NCBI GenBank assembly: GCA_965209035.1
Contig: OZ242372.1
Span: 96,001 to 160,000 of the forward strand
Reading direction: 5' to 3'
Length of the DNA stretch: 64,000 bases
DNA from: Gammaproteobacteria bacterium
GTDB taxonomy: Bacteria > Pseudomonadota > Gammaproteobacteria > CBDBNL01 > JAAOII01
This document shows, piece after piece, positions 47,007 through 57,144 of this stretch. Position 1 is the stretch's first letter. Each line of letters starts with the position of its first letter. The notes under the pieces were generated by a model, which saw only the letters and a list, made by a program, of their open reading frames with translations, had not been told where the DNA came from and ran no database searches. A program made the translations under genes and the position numbers.

Positions 47007-47810
47007 ATGATTATGACTCTGTTACTCTTTATTCCGGTGGGGATCTGTATGGGATTAACCGCCGGCTTGTTTGGAATAGGCGGCGGGATGTTCGCCGTTC
47101 CTTTTATGGTCATTATCTTTGAGAATTCCGGCTACTCGGGAACGCCTATTCCTCAGATGGCGGTTGTTACCGCCATGGCAATTACCTCTTGCACCACTTT
47201 AATTTCCGCGCAAACCCATCGCAAATTACATTGGGAAGTCATGCTGCGCAACATCAAGAAAATTGTCGCCGGCTTGATGTTGGGCAGTTTCCTCGGCACC
47301 TTAACTCTGGTTAACATATCGGGCGAACTTGTCAAGATCTTTGTCAGCCTTCTCCTGCTCTGGGTAGGGACTTCGTTTCTGTCGTCTCACGCAAACGACA
47401 GAACTGTGTTCCTGCGGCATATCCCGTTGCCGTTTGGCGGCGTCATCATCGGCACTCTCTCCGCTCTCTTCGGTATAGCCGGCGGATTACTCACCATCCC
47501 GCTGCTCAAAGGGCACGGCCTAAACATTAAACAGGCGGTTGCCGTGGCTTCCGGCACCGGTTTTATTGTATCCTTTACCGCGGTCCTGGCGTCGGCGGCG
47601 ATTTCCGCATGGGACAACCAACCGCCTCTTCAGTATGTGCACCCGCTTGCGTTTTTTACTTTGGCGATTGCCGGCGGCATATTCTCTCACATTTCTTCGC
47701 GTTACCAAAACAAAATAGATCACGACCGGTTAAAGAGATACTTTGCAATTTTTGTCCTGTGCCTATCCGCCTATTTAATGACCGACACCGCGATTGACCT
47801 GTTTGTATGA
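47007..47810 (+). CDS. Sulfite exporter TauE/SafE family membrane protein
   Basis: Duplicated GLFGIGGG / ALFGIAGG motifs; multi-TM. Confidence 0.85.
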   Translation: MIMTLLLFIPVGICMGLTAGLFGIGGGMFAVPFMVIIFENSGYSGTPIPQMAVVTAMAITSCTTLISAQTHRKLHWEVMLRNIKKIVAGLMLGSFLGTLTLVNISGELVKIFVSLLLLWVGTSFLSSHANDRTVFLRHIPLPFGGVIIGTLSALFGIAGGLLTIPLLKGHGLNIKQAVAVASGTGFIVSFTAVLASAAISAWDNQPPLQYVHPLAFFTLAIAGGIFSHISSRYQNKIDHDRLKRYFAIFVLCLSAYLMTDTAIDLFV

Positions 47811-48727
47811 TCGCACTTGAGGCGGGAGATGCGCTGGCACAGATCTCGCCAAAATTGGGTGGCTCCATATTAAGTTACCAAACAAAAAAGGGGGATGCGG
47901 TTTGCGATTGGTTGCGCTCTAATCCCGATGCCCGCCATCCGACGGAGGCGGCCTGTTTTGTGATGGCACCCTATTGCAGCAGAATCTGTGACGGGAAATT
48001 TTCCTATGCGGGAAAGAGCTATCGGGTGCGTCTTTCAAGCCGCCTGCCAAAAACAGATACCGACTTGGATGCAATACACCGGGTGCATGCGTTGCACGGA
48101 TCCGCATGGATTAATGCATGGGATCTGACCGCACGTGAAAAGAATTCTTGTTCTTTGGTTTATGAAGAAAAGCCGAACCCCGAGATACCGTTTGTTTTTA
48201 GGATATCTCAAAATATTCTGTTAACCGAAGAATACCTGTCCGTGGAACTTACTTTGACCAATTTGGGGGATGACAACATGCCGTTTGGTCTCGGGCTGCA
48301 TCCCTACTTCCCCATTGTCGGTGATACAAAAATTCGGGCACGCGTTCATAAGATGTGGCGGACAAAAAACTATATGCCCGCCGCATTGGTTAAAAATGCC
48401 TATTGTCATCAATTGGAATTGGAAAGCGGCCTGTCTCCCGCTCGTACGCGATTGGATCATACTTTTACCGGCTGGGACGGAACTGCAATGATTTCAAACC
48501 AAAACGGAATTCTCATCATGGAAACGGAGACAGACCTGCCGGAACAACTCTGCATTTTCTCCCCCAATCGCGAGTTCTTTTGTGCGGAACCGGTATCCAA
48601 TCCGGCAAACGGCCTTAACCTGTTACACAGAAAAGACACCGAAAACGGGATTCGTATTCTGGAACCGCGGGCAACAAGGCGAATGAAGGTTCGTTTCAAA
48701 CCGCAATCGTCCGCTCAAAAAGATTGA
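47807..48727 (+). CDS. Aldose 1-epimerase family protein
   Basis: PYCSRI, LHGSAW, GLHPYF, FCAEPVS. Confidence 0.85.
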   Translation: MIALEAGDALAQISPKLGGSILSYQTKKGDAVCDWLRSNPDARHPTEAACFVMAPYCSRICDGKFSYAGKSYRVRLSSRLPKTDTDLDAIHRVHALHGSAWINAWDLTAREKNSCSLVYEEKPNPEIPFVFRISQNILLTEEYLSVELTLTNLGDDNMPFGLGLHPYFPIVGDTKIRARVHKMWRTKNYMPAALVKNAYCHQLELESGLSPARTRLDHTFTGWDGTAMISNQNGILIMETETDLPEQLCIFSPNREFFCAEPVSNPANGLNLLHRKDTENGIRILEPRATRRMKVRFKPQSSAQKD

Positions 48728-48783
48728 CCCGCACCGAAATTCCCATATAATGTTATTTAACTTATGGTTTTGAAACATATCAC

Positions 48784-49833
48784 ATGAGCGGCGGGAATGC
48801 CGCCATAGCGGCGGCGACAGATGTGTTGGAATTTTCTTTGGCACCTGCGGATTGTAACAGGCTGTTATCTCTGTGCGGCGAATGCAACAATAATCTTGTG
48901 TACATGGAAAAGCATCTGGGTGTCAGAATACAGCACCGGGGGCATACTTTCCGAATATTGGGAGACAAGACCCCCGCAAAAAAGACCGCGCAACTTCTGC
49001 AAAATCTTTACGGGCTTACGAAAAGTAAATCTTACTTGGAACCGGAAGACATTCATCTCAATTTGCAAAAAAGTTCACTCCAAGATTTTGAGAACGACGG
49101 AGCATCCCGGCATTCCAAGCGTATGGAAGATCCGGATAATGCGCGGCGATTCGGTATTAGAACACCCGGCGTAACCATAGAACCCCGAAGCGACAATCAA
49201 ATCGGGTACATTTCCAATCTGCGTAAAAATGCCGTTCAGTTTGCAACGGGACCGGCCGGCACCGGAAAGACTTTTCTGGCGGTGGCATGCGCCTTGGAAA
49301 GTTTACAGAAAGGCGACATAACACATATTTGTCTGGTGCGCCCCGCGGTGGGAGCCGGCGAAACACTCGGTTACTTACCGGGAACGTTGGTTGAAAAGAT
49401 TGATCCCTATTTGCGTCCTTTATACGATGCACTGCAAGAAATGCTCGGCACCGAAAAATTAAACAGCTATATGGAAAAAAATGTGATAGAGGTTGGAGCA
49501 TTGGCATATATGCGTGGTCGCACCCTGAATCATTGCTTTGCCATCCTGGACGAAGGGCAAAATTGTTCGCCCGAACAAATAAAGATGTTTTTGACCCGAC
49601 TGGGGTTTAACTCCAAAGCGGTCATCACCGGCGATTTGACGCAGATCGATCTGCAGCCGCCCGGTTCTTCCGGTTTGGCACCCGCAATCCGTCTTTTGGA
49701 AGGACTGCAAGACATTGGTGTCGCTCGGCTGGATTGCAAGGACATCTTCCGGCACCCGGTTGTGAGTAGAATTATTGAGGCCTATGATGCGGCGGGCAAA
49801 AGAAAATCCGAAAATGAATCCGATCAAAATTAA
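48784..49833 (+). CDS. phoH: PhoH-family ATPase (YbeZ type)
   Basis: GPAGTGKT, LGYLPG, YMRGRT, ILDEGQN, TGDLTQID. Confidence 0.93.
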   Translation: MSGGNAAIAAATDVLEFSLAPADCNRLLSLCGECNNNLVYMEKHLGVRIQHRGHTFRILGDKTPAKKTAQLLQNLYGLTKSKSYLEPEDIHLNLQKSSLQDFENDGASRHSKRMEDPDNARRFGIRTPGVTIEPRSDNQIGYISNLRKNAVQFATGPAGTGKTFLAVACALESLQKGDITHICLVRPAVGAGETLGYLPGTLVEKIDPYLRPLYDALQEMLGTEKLNSYMEKNVIEVGALAYMRGRTLNHCFAILDEGQNCSPEQIKMFLTRLGFNSKAVITGDLTQIDLQPPGSSGLAPAIRLLEGLQDIGVARLDCKDIFRHPVVSRIIEAYDAAGKRKSENESDQN

Positions 49834-50293
49834 AGTTTCTCTGGAGAAATTCGGAGAAAAATTTAATCGCCCTCACAAAAGCGAATTTATGAAGTGGACC
49901 CAAGCCTGCCTGGAATATGTTCGCGACCGGGATCTGCCGCAAAGTCAAAACATTAAGGGTCGCGAAATACTGAACTTGAATGTGAGACTGGTTACGGAAG
50001 AGGAAATGCGTCAATTAAGTGCCAAGTATCGTCATAAGAGCGACCTTGCCACTGTCCTCAGTTTTCCTTGCGAAGACAGCATTGCGCTCAGGTTACCCGA
50101 TTTGGGTGATATTGTGATGTGCGGTAAAGCAATCGCCCTGGAAGCCGGGGCCTATCGGACGGATGTGAATCTCCATTGGGCTCATCTTTTTATCCATTCC
50201 GTTCTGCATATTCTCGGATTTGAACACAGCGATGCAATGCGGGCGGCGGAAAACGATATCATGTGCTCATGCGATCTGCCTCCCGTTCACTAA
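49814..50293 (+). CDS. ybeY: rRNA maturation RNase YbeY
   Basis: VLSFP, LGDIV, HSVLHILGFEH (Hx3Hx5H). Confidence 0.9.
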   Translation: MNPIKIKVSLEKFGEKFNRPHKSEFMKWTQACLEYVRDRDLPQSQNIKGREILNLNVRLVTEEEMRQLSAKYRHKSDLATVLSFPCEDSIALRLPDLGDIVMCGKAIALEAGAYRTDVNLHWAHLFIHSVLHILGFEHSDAMRAAENDIMCSCDLPPVH

Positions 50294-50314
50294 CATCATT
50301 CTTTTACCCCGTCC

Positions 50315-51172
50315 TTGAATTTAATGAAATTCTTAAATTTTCGCTCTCTTTTTGTTCTGCTTGTTTTCAAACTGGCAAGTTTGATAAAAGACAGCGACAA
50401 AATAGCGATTCTTATCCGACACATCATTCGTCTCGGCCTCCTTGAGAAAACTCAAGCGGGGATTATTGAAGGAACCCTCAAAATATCGGAAATGCAGGTT
50501 CGGGAAATTATGATTCCGCGGGCAAAAATGACGGTGGTGCCGCAGAAAGCATCGCTCAAAAAAATATTGCCGGAATTGATTAAATCCGCACATTCTCGTT
50601 TTCCGGTGGTCAACAAAGAAGATAAAGTAGTCGGGATGCTTTTGGCAAAAGACCTTTTGCCCCTATTGCAAGAAAAAGAAATCTCCTTTACGCCGAATAA
50701 AATAATGCGGCCGGCGATTTTTATTCCCGAGAGCAAGCGTCTTAATGTCCTCTTGGAAGAGTTTCGTTCCCAACGCAGCCACATGGCCATTGTCTTGGAC
50801 GAACATGAACTAACCGCGGGCCTTGTCACCATTGAAGATGTTTTGGAAGAAATTGTGGGGCAGATAGAAGACGAACACGATCGATATAATTTTTCCGGAA
50901 CACCTATCACGCAAATTCCTTTTAACCAAAACAGTTACAAAGTAAAGGCCGACACTCCCCTTTCGGATTTTAATGCCTATTTTGCCACCTCACTGAAACA
51001 TCATTCTCTGGAAACAATCGGCGGGTTGGTTCTGGATGAATTAAAGAAAGCGCCAAAACGCGAAGACAGCGTATCTGTCGGCAACATGACATGCACCATA
51101 GCCAAGATGAATGAGCGCCGGATTGAAGAACTGATCGTAAAAAAAAATAAGACGCCGCAAAAGAAAAAATGA
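50315..51172 (+). CDS. corC: CBS-domain CorC/YbeX protein
   Basis: VREIMIPR, HSRFPV, TIEDVLEEIVG.IEDEHD; synteny. Confidence 0.9.
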   Translation: MNLMKFLNFRSLFVLLVFKLASLIKDSDKIAILIRHIIRLGLLEKTQAGIIEGTLKISEMQVREIMIPRAKMTVVPQKASLKKILPELIKSAHSRFPVVNKEDKVVGMLLAKDLLPLLQEKEISFTPNKIMRPAIFIPESKRLNVLLEEFRSQRSHMAIVLDEHELTAGLVTIEDVLEEIVGQIEDEHDRYNFSGTPITQIPFNQNSYKVKADTPLSDFNAYFATSLKHHSLETIGGLVLDELKKAPKREDSVSVGNMTCTIAKMNERRIEELIVKKNKTPQKKK

Positions 51173-52716
51173 TCTTCCTGCGTCTGATCTGCGCGCTGAT
51201 AGCGGGCATTCTTTTTGTGCCGGGTTATGCCCCGTTTAACCTCTGGTTTCTGTCGTTTTTAAGCGTTCTTCTTTTTTTGTTTCTTCTTAATAAACAAAAC
51301 ACTCTTAACGGCTTTCTCATCGGCTGGATCTTCGGGCTTGGCATGATGGGGACCGGTGTTTCCTGGATATACCACAGTATGCGCATTTACGGAGAGTTTA
51401 GTTTGGAGTTGGCGGGAGCCATCACCTGGCTCTTCTGCATTGTGATGGCGTTTTTTTACGCTCTGGTTGGGGGTGTCTTTTGTTTCTTGACACACCAACA
51501 ACGCAGTATATTTAGAAAGTTTAGGATCCCCAACCTTACAAAAATTCTGTTATTTTCGTCCTTGTGGACTCTGTCGGAATTATTGCGCTCACATATTTCG
51601 GTCGGTTTTCCGTGGCTGTTGTTCGGTGATGCTTTCATAAACACCTATCTTGCCCACTTGGCACCTGTGGGAGGCGTTTTCTTTGTCAGTTTCCTCGGGG
51701 TATTCACAGTCGCCACGCTGTTTTATTTGTTGTGTTTGATTCCCGTGCTCTATGTCCGGCGGAACCGACGGCGTTGCTTGTTTATTCTGTTTCTTTTGGT
51801 GATTCCTTGGGCTACGGGCATCGGATTACAAAATTACGAATGGACCAAAACAAGCGGGAGAAATATTCCGGTTGTCCTAGTACAAGCAAACATCCCCCAG
51901 GATGCAAAATGGCAAAAAAATAAAAGAACAAAAATCGCCGAACAATACCAACGAATGAGCCTTGGGCATACGGATAAAAGTCTTCTTGTATGGCCCGAGG
52001 CGGCCGTTCCCTACATTTATCCCGAAGGTGCGGACTATTACGACAAATTGGATCCTATTTTGCGAAACACAAATACCGCGTTAGTTTTTGGTTCCCTGCA
52101 CCGCGCGCAAAACGGAGACATCTACAACGGTTTGTTCACGGCGGGTGCGGGCAGTTCCGGCATCACCCCTGTGTACTACAAGCATCTTTTGGTTCCCATG
52201 GGAGAGTATATCCCGCTGGAGTCTTTTCTAAAACGATGGATCCCGTTCCTTGACATGGGAACATACCGGGTCACATCGGGCAGTGCCGACCAGGGAGCAT
52301 TTATGCTGGGAGATTGGAAAATTGCCCCGTCCATTTGCTATGAGATCACAAATCCGCAAATCATCGCCCGTAATGCCGCAGACAGTAACTTCTTGCTGAC
52401 AGTGTCCAATGACAGTTGGTTTGCCGACTCGCTTGGTCCGCATCAACATATGCATATTGCGCGCATGCGCGCGCTGGAAAATCAACGATACTTGATTCGC
52501 TCCACAAATAACGGTATCACCGCGATTACGGATCATCGCGGCAAGTTCGTCGCCAAGATCCCGCAATTTCAAGAGAATATCCTGACGGCAGACATCGTTC
52601 CCCGTTCGGGAACCACTCCGTATCAAACCGTCGGCAATCTTCCTGTGGTGTCTCTGTCTCTGATTTTATTTTTGTTCGGTATTTATACTCACCGAAGAGC
52701 GCTGAAAAAGATTTGA
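51169..52716 (+). CDS. lnt: Apolipoprotein N-acyltransferase
   Basis: GFPW, WPEAA, K..LVPMGE, ICYE, SNDSWF. Confidence 0.94.
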   Translation: MIFLRLICALIAGILFVPGYAPFNLWFLSFLSVLLFLFLLNKQNTLNGFLIGWIFGLGMMGTGVSWIYHSMRIYGEFSLELAGAITWLFCIVMAFFYALVGGVFCFLTHQQRSIFRKFRIPNLTKILLFSSLWTLSELLRSHISVGFPWLLFGDAFINTYLAHLAPVGGVFFVSFLGVFTVATLFYLLCLIPVLYVRRNRRRCLFILFLLVIPWATGIGLQNYEWTKTSGRNIPVVLVQANIPQDAKWQKNKRTKIAEQYQRMSLGHTDKSLLVWPEAAVPYIYPEGADYYDKLDPILRNTNTALVFGSLHRAQNGDIYNGLFTAGAGSSGITPVYYKHLLVPMGEYIPLESFLKRWIPFLDMGTYRVTSGSADQGAFMLGDWKIAPSICYEITNPQIIARNAADSNFLLTVSNDSWFADSLGPHQHMHIARMRALENQRYLIRSTNNGITAITDHRGKFVAKIPQFQENILTADIVPRSGTTPYQTVGNLPVVSLSLILFLFGIYTHRRALKKI

Positions 52717-54276
52717 GTGAAGTTCTCTCCGCTTAGGTCCGGCTTCACCGTCTCTTCTTGGACCATGGTATCGCGCATTTTGGGTATGCTGCGCGATATC
52801 GTATTTGGCACGGTATTCGGCGGCAGCGGCACCTTGGATGCTTTTTTGGTGGCATTTAAAATCCCCAATTTTTTTCGCCGGGTAACAGCCGAAGGTGCCA
52901 TGACACAGGTTCTGTTACCGCTCATGATAGAAACCCGGGAAAAAGAAACCGAACGCCAACACAAAAGATTTCTGCAAAATGTTCTTTTTCTGCTGGTCAT
53001 CACGACGGGAACCGCAACAATCTTGACCATGATTTTTCCAAAAACAGTCAGTCTAATTTTTGCCGCCGGCCTGATTAGATATCCCGATCTGTTCGCTCTG
53101 ACGGCCTCCATGCTCCGCATCACTTTTCCCTACCTGTTTTTTATTACGCTGACCGCATACTATATGGCGTTGCAACACAGCCAAAACAAGTTTCGGTTGG
53201 GAGCACAAACCCCGATCATACTCAATGTCATCCTGATCAGTGCGGCTCTTTGGGCAACATCCTTGGTGCAACCGCCGATTATGGCACTCGCCTGGGGTGT
53301 GTTTATCGCCGGCTTTATGCAATTTTTGCTTCTCGTATTTGGGACCGTGCGTTTAAATTTACCGGTTCTGCCAAAACTTTCTTTGTCCGAGTTCCAATCG
53401 GGAACCTACACGAGCCGGTTTTACAGGGCACTCCTCCCGGCCGCACTGAGCGGCTCTTTGGTCCAAGTTAATCTTCTTGCGGATACTTTTATTGCCTCCT
53501 TTTTGATCAGCGGCAGTATTTCTTGGTTGTACTTTGCCGAGCGTTTAATTCAACTTCCAATAGGGGTCCTCGGCATCAGCCTCGCCACTGTCCTGATGCC
53601 GGGACTTTCCCGATTTTATCAACGCAAAGAAACATACCGTGCCCGGTCGGTCCTAATTTGGGGGGTGCGTTTAAGTTTGTTGTTGACCTTGCCGGCGGCG
53701 GCCGGTCTCATCCTTTTTGCAAAACCCATTCTTGCCACTTTGTTTTATCACGGCTCTTTTACTTTGGAACATTTGGAGCAGACCGCCGATGCATTGCGCG
53801 CCTATGCGATAGGTGTTCCCGCTTTTGTCTTAACCAAAGCGCTAACCGCCTCTTTTTTTGCGCGCCAAGATTACCGCACCCCGCTTAAGATCGCGGCCGC
53901 CGCCGCGGTAACCGGTGTTCTGTTGAGTGTTTGTTTGGTGTTCTTTCTAAAACATGTCGGACTGGCATTGGCAACATCCGCCAGCGGTCTGCTCAGCGTA
54001 TCGTGGTTGTTGCTGATTCTCATACGCGACCGTCACCTGATTCCGAACCGGAAGTTTCTTGTTTTTTGCGGGCAGGTCATCTTCGCGTTGAGTGTCTTGA
54101 TCGCAAGCATAGTATGCTTGCTAACATGGTTTGTCCCGGAGGTCTGGACCGGGTCGGATCCCTGGACCCGTGTTTGGCAACTTCTTTTCTGTATTACGGT
54201 TTCCGTGCTAATGTACTTTGGTGTTCTTTTTGTCACGGGATTAAATTGGCGCAGTTTAAATCCTCGTTTTGAATGA
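52717..54276 (+). CDS. murJ: Lipid II flippase MurJ
   Basis: SRILGMLRD, FKIPNFFRR..AEGA, RLIQLPIG. Confidence 0.94.
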   Translation: MKFSPLRSGFTVSSWTMVSRILGMLRDIVFGTVFGGSGTLDAFLVAFKIPNFFRRVTAEGAMTQVLLPLMIETREKETERQHKRFLQNVLFLLVITTGTATILTMIFPKTVSLIFAAGLIRYPDLFALTASMLRITFPYLFFITLTAYYMALQHSQNKFRLGAQTPIILNVILISAALWATSLVQPPIMALAWGVFIAGFMQFLLLVFGTVRLNLPVLPKLSLSEFQSGTYTSRFYRALLPAALSGSLVQVNLLADTFIASFLISGSISWLYFAERLIQLPIGVLGISLATVLMPGLSRFYQRKETYRARSVLIWGVRLSLLLTLPAAAGLILFAKPILATLFYHGSFTLEHLEQTADALRAYAIGVPAFVLTKALTASFFARQDYRTPLKIAAAAAVTGVLLSVCLVFFLKHVGLALATSASGLLSVSWLLLILIRDRHLIPNRKFLVFCGQVIFALSVLIASIVCLLTWFVPEVWTGSDPWTRVWQLLFCITVSVLMYFGVLFVTGLNWRSLNPRFE

Positions 54277-55211
54277 ACCTTTTGCGCTATAAACCCGGAC
54301 GGCAGCCAGATCGGCAACTCGGCAAACCGAGTGTTGTCGCCATAGGAAACTTTGACGGAGTGCATCCCGGGCACAGAGAACTCATCCGTCAGAGCTTGGA
54401 AATTGCCCGGACAAGCGGCTTGGAACATCTTATTTGTACTTTTGAACCTTCGCCAAATCAATGGTTTGAACGCGCCGATACTCGCCTAAACAACCTGCGC
54501 ACCAAGGTATTTTTGCTGAAGTCTCTTGGTGTTCGCAAACTGATTCTTGTTCATTTTCGTCGTCCGTTTTGTGATTTAAGTGCCGAAGATTTTATTCGGG
54601 AATTTCTGCTAAGAGATATGCACATGCGCCATTTGATCACCGGCGAAGATTTTAAGTTTGGCAAGGATCGCAGCGGTGACCGGTACAAACTGCTGGAAGC
54701 GGCCAAAGAATACGACTTTGGTTATCGGACGGTAAAAGACTTTCCCAATGAACGGGAGCGCATCAGCAGCACTCAAATTCGCAATCTGCTCGCGGCGGGA
54801 CAGATCACCGAGGCAAATCAACTGCTTGGCTTCCCCTATTCCTTTTGTGCGCGCGTAATAACCGGCAGCGGCATTGGAAAAAAAATGTTGGGGACGGCAA
54901 CAGCCAATCTAAATCTTAAACAGTTTATCCCGCCTTTGCGCGGCGTTTTTGCATGTATGGCAACTCTTGCCAACGGTGAAAGGAAAAAAGCCGTGGTAAA
55001 TTGCGGTGTCAAACCCACACTCAACCGGAAGCACCGACTGAGTTTGGAAGCACACTTGCCGGATTATGAAGGCAACCTTTACGGTCAAGTCATCCGCTTG
55101 GAGTTTTTGGCTCGCTTGCGCTCGGAGCAAAAGTTTGCCGATCTTGCAGCTCTCAAACGGCAGATTCACAAAGACAAAATACTTGCCTTGGAAACGCTTA
55201 ATCGGCTTTAA
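54273..55211 (+). CDS. ribF: Riboflavin kinase/FAD synthetase
   Basis: IGNFDGVHPGH, ISST.IR, TAN, G.KPT, EAH. Confidence 0.94.
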   Translation: MNLLRYKPGRQPDRQLGKPSVVAIGNFDGVHPGHRELIRQSLEIARTSGLEHLICTFEPSPNQWFERADTRLNNLRTKVFLLKSLGVRKLILVHFRRPFCDLSAEDFIREFLLRDMHMRHLITGEDFKFGKDRSGDRYKLLEAAKEYDFGYRTVKDFPNERERISSTQIRNLLAAGQITEANQLLGFPYSFCARVITGSGIGKKMLGTATANLNLKQFIPPLRGVFACMATLANGERKKAVVNCGVKPTLNRKHRLSLEAHLPDYEGNLYGQVIRLEFLARLRSEQKFADLAALKRQIHKDKILALETLNRL

Positions 55212-55217
55212 TACTCT

Positions 55218-56243
55218 TTAATGAGCCGGGGGAGACCCGGACAAAAGCGGCTTGGAATTTTCAAAACTGTTTGAAAGCACGGATGTTAATCCGAGCAAAG
55301 AAGAACGGACTTCGCTGTCCGCAAACTGCCGCAAATGCCTTTCGGCATTTTTCAAATAGCCTTGCATTTGTTCGCGCATATATGCAATCACCGGGCGGCT
55401 GCATATCAAATTGATCAGTAAGTTGCGCTGACTTAGGCTCATCTCGCTCCCCTCCTTCAAAATATTCCGGATGTCCTTCTTTTGGTTGTCATTGGCAATC
55501 TCATAAGCCCTGATCAACGGCAAGGTAACCTTTCCCTGTGCCAGATCTTGTAAGGCCTCACCGCCGTCATTGCTGTCTGCTATGTAATCGTGCATGTCGT
55601 CTCGCAGTTGAAATGCCATGCCGAATTGGTCGCCGAAAGATTTTGCATGCTCGCGCTCATTTGCCTTGCCTGCAAGAATCACCGCGATTTCACAACAGGT
55701 GCCAAAAATAACCGCCGTCTTGTCATAAATTGTTTGATAGTAACCTTCTTTATCCAAAAGGCCCCTGTCACCCGCCGAGACGATGAGGTCTCGCAATTCG
55801 CCCGCACTCAAACGCGCCACCGCCGCGGCCAAAACAGAAGTTGCCTCCTCGGTCTCCAAAGAGCCGATGAGTTCAAAAGCGCGGGCATACAAAAAATCTC
55901 CCGCCAAAAGAGCCTCCTTAACACCCCACTTTTTGTGAGCGCTCATACTGCCGCGCCTTAAAGATGCTTCGTCAATAATGTCATCGTGAATTAAAGACGC
56001 GGCATGCACATACTCCATCGCCAGGGCCGCATTAATGCTATTTTGTTTTTTATACCCGACCAACCGGCAAAAACTTAAAAGCAACATAGGGCGAATGTAC
56101 TTGCCGCCGCCGCGCAAAATATAGGTGATATGCTCTTCCAGTCCGGGCGGGCAATCCGCCCGCATTAGTCGTCGCTTAAATTCTTGCATATCCTGCCGGA
56201 CTTCCCGGGTTTGGAAAACCCGCATATCGTGGCTTCCGGTCAC
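55218..56243 (-). CDS. ispB: Polyprenyl diphosphate synthase
   Basis: GGKYIRP, HDDIID, RRG, KTA, FQLRDD. Confidence 0.85.
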   Translation of the reverse strand: MTGSHDMRVFQTREVRQDMQEFKRRLMRADCPPGLEEHITYILRGGGKYIRPMLLLSFCRLVGYKKQNSINAALAMEYVHAASLIHDDIIDEASLRRGSMSAHKKWGVKEALLAGDFLYARAFELIGSLETEEATSVLAAAVARLSAGELRDLIVSAGDRGLLDKEGYYQTIYDKTAVIFGTCCEIAVILAGKANEREHAKSFGDQFGMAFQLRDDMHDYIADSNDGGEALQDLAQGKVTLPLIRAYEIANDNQKKDIRNILKEGSEMSLSQRNLLINLICSRPVIAYMREQMQGYLKNAERHLRQFADSEVRSSLLGLTSVLSNSFENSKPLLSGSPPAH

Positions 56244-57028
56244 AACATATCACTCATAGAATAAAGTCCCGGCTTGTCGTTCTTGCTCAACCATACCGCC
56301 GCTCTGAGCGCACCGCGTGCGAACAGAACACGCGAACTTGCCTTATGACAAATCTCCAATGTTTCACCTTCGCCTATAAAACGAACAGTGTGTTCACCGG
56401 CGAGATCACCGCCGCGGACTACCTGAAATCCAATCGTCCCTTTTTCTCTTTCGCCGGCTTTTCTCCTGTCATAAACGGCGATGTTTTTCAAGTCTTCTCC
56501 CCGAGCCGATGCCAGAATCTTTCCAAGTGCCAAGGCGGTCCCGGATGGCGCGTCTTTTTTATGCTTATGATGTGCTTCGCTGACCTCAATATCGTAGTCT
56601 TCGCCAAGTTGCTCCGCAGCCAGTTTGACCAAACCGGAAGTAATATGGATACCGAGACTCATATTGGCCGCCAAAAAAACAGGTATTGATTGGGCGGATT
56701 TTTCTATCCGGCGCACTTGCTGCGACGAATGTCCGGTCGTCCCGATCACCAAACCCTTTCCACAAGAAATACAACTTTTCAAGCACGCCGGTGTTGCCTC
56801 GGGTTGCGAAAAATCTATCAAGATATCACATCCTGTGGCATCAATCCGGTCAGAACATATCAAAGGACCGTCTAAGCCGACCAATGGTCCTATGTCTTTG
56901 TCTGTCATAGAACTCCCCGGCTCAACCATTGCCCTGTACGGTTGCATACCGGGTGTGGCGTTTAACAGTTGCAACAGAGTTTTCCCCATTCTTCCGTCCG
57001 CTCCGCAAATCCCTATTTTTAGCATCAA
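56240..57028 (-). CDS. dapB: 4-hydroxy-tetrahydrodipicolinate reductase
   Basis: GADGRMG, IDFS, GTTG, EAHHKHKKDAPSGTA. Confidence 0.95.
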   Translation of the reverse strand: MMLKIGICGADGRMGKTLLQLLNATPGMQPYRAMVEPGSSMTDKDIGPLVGLDGPLICSDRIDATGCDILIDFSQPEATPACLKSCISCGKGLVIGTTGHSSQQVRRIEKSAQSIPVFLAANMSLGIHITSGLVKLAAEQLGEDYDIEVSEAHHKHKKDAPSGTALALGKILASARGEDLKNIAVYDRRKAGEREKGTIGFQVVRGGDLAGEHTVRFIGEGETLEICHKASSRVLFARGALRAAVWLSKNDKPGLYSMSDML

Positions 57029-57144
57029 TAATAATGTATAATAAAACCTTAATACTAATTATTATAAAACCTGTGGGACAATAGAAGGCAAAAGAATGCC
57101 AACAAGAACCGGAATATTTAAAATGCAAAGATGAATGATAAAAA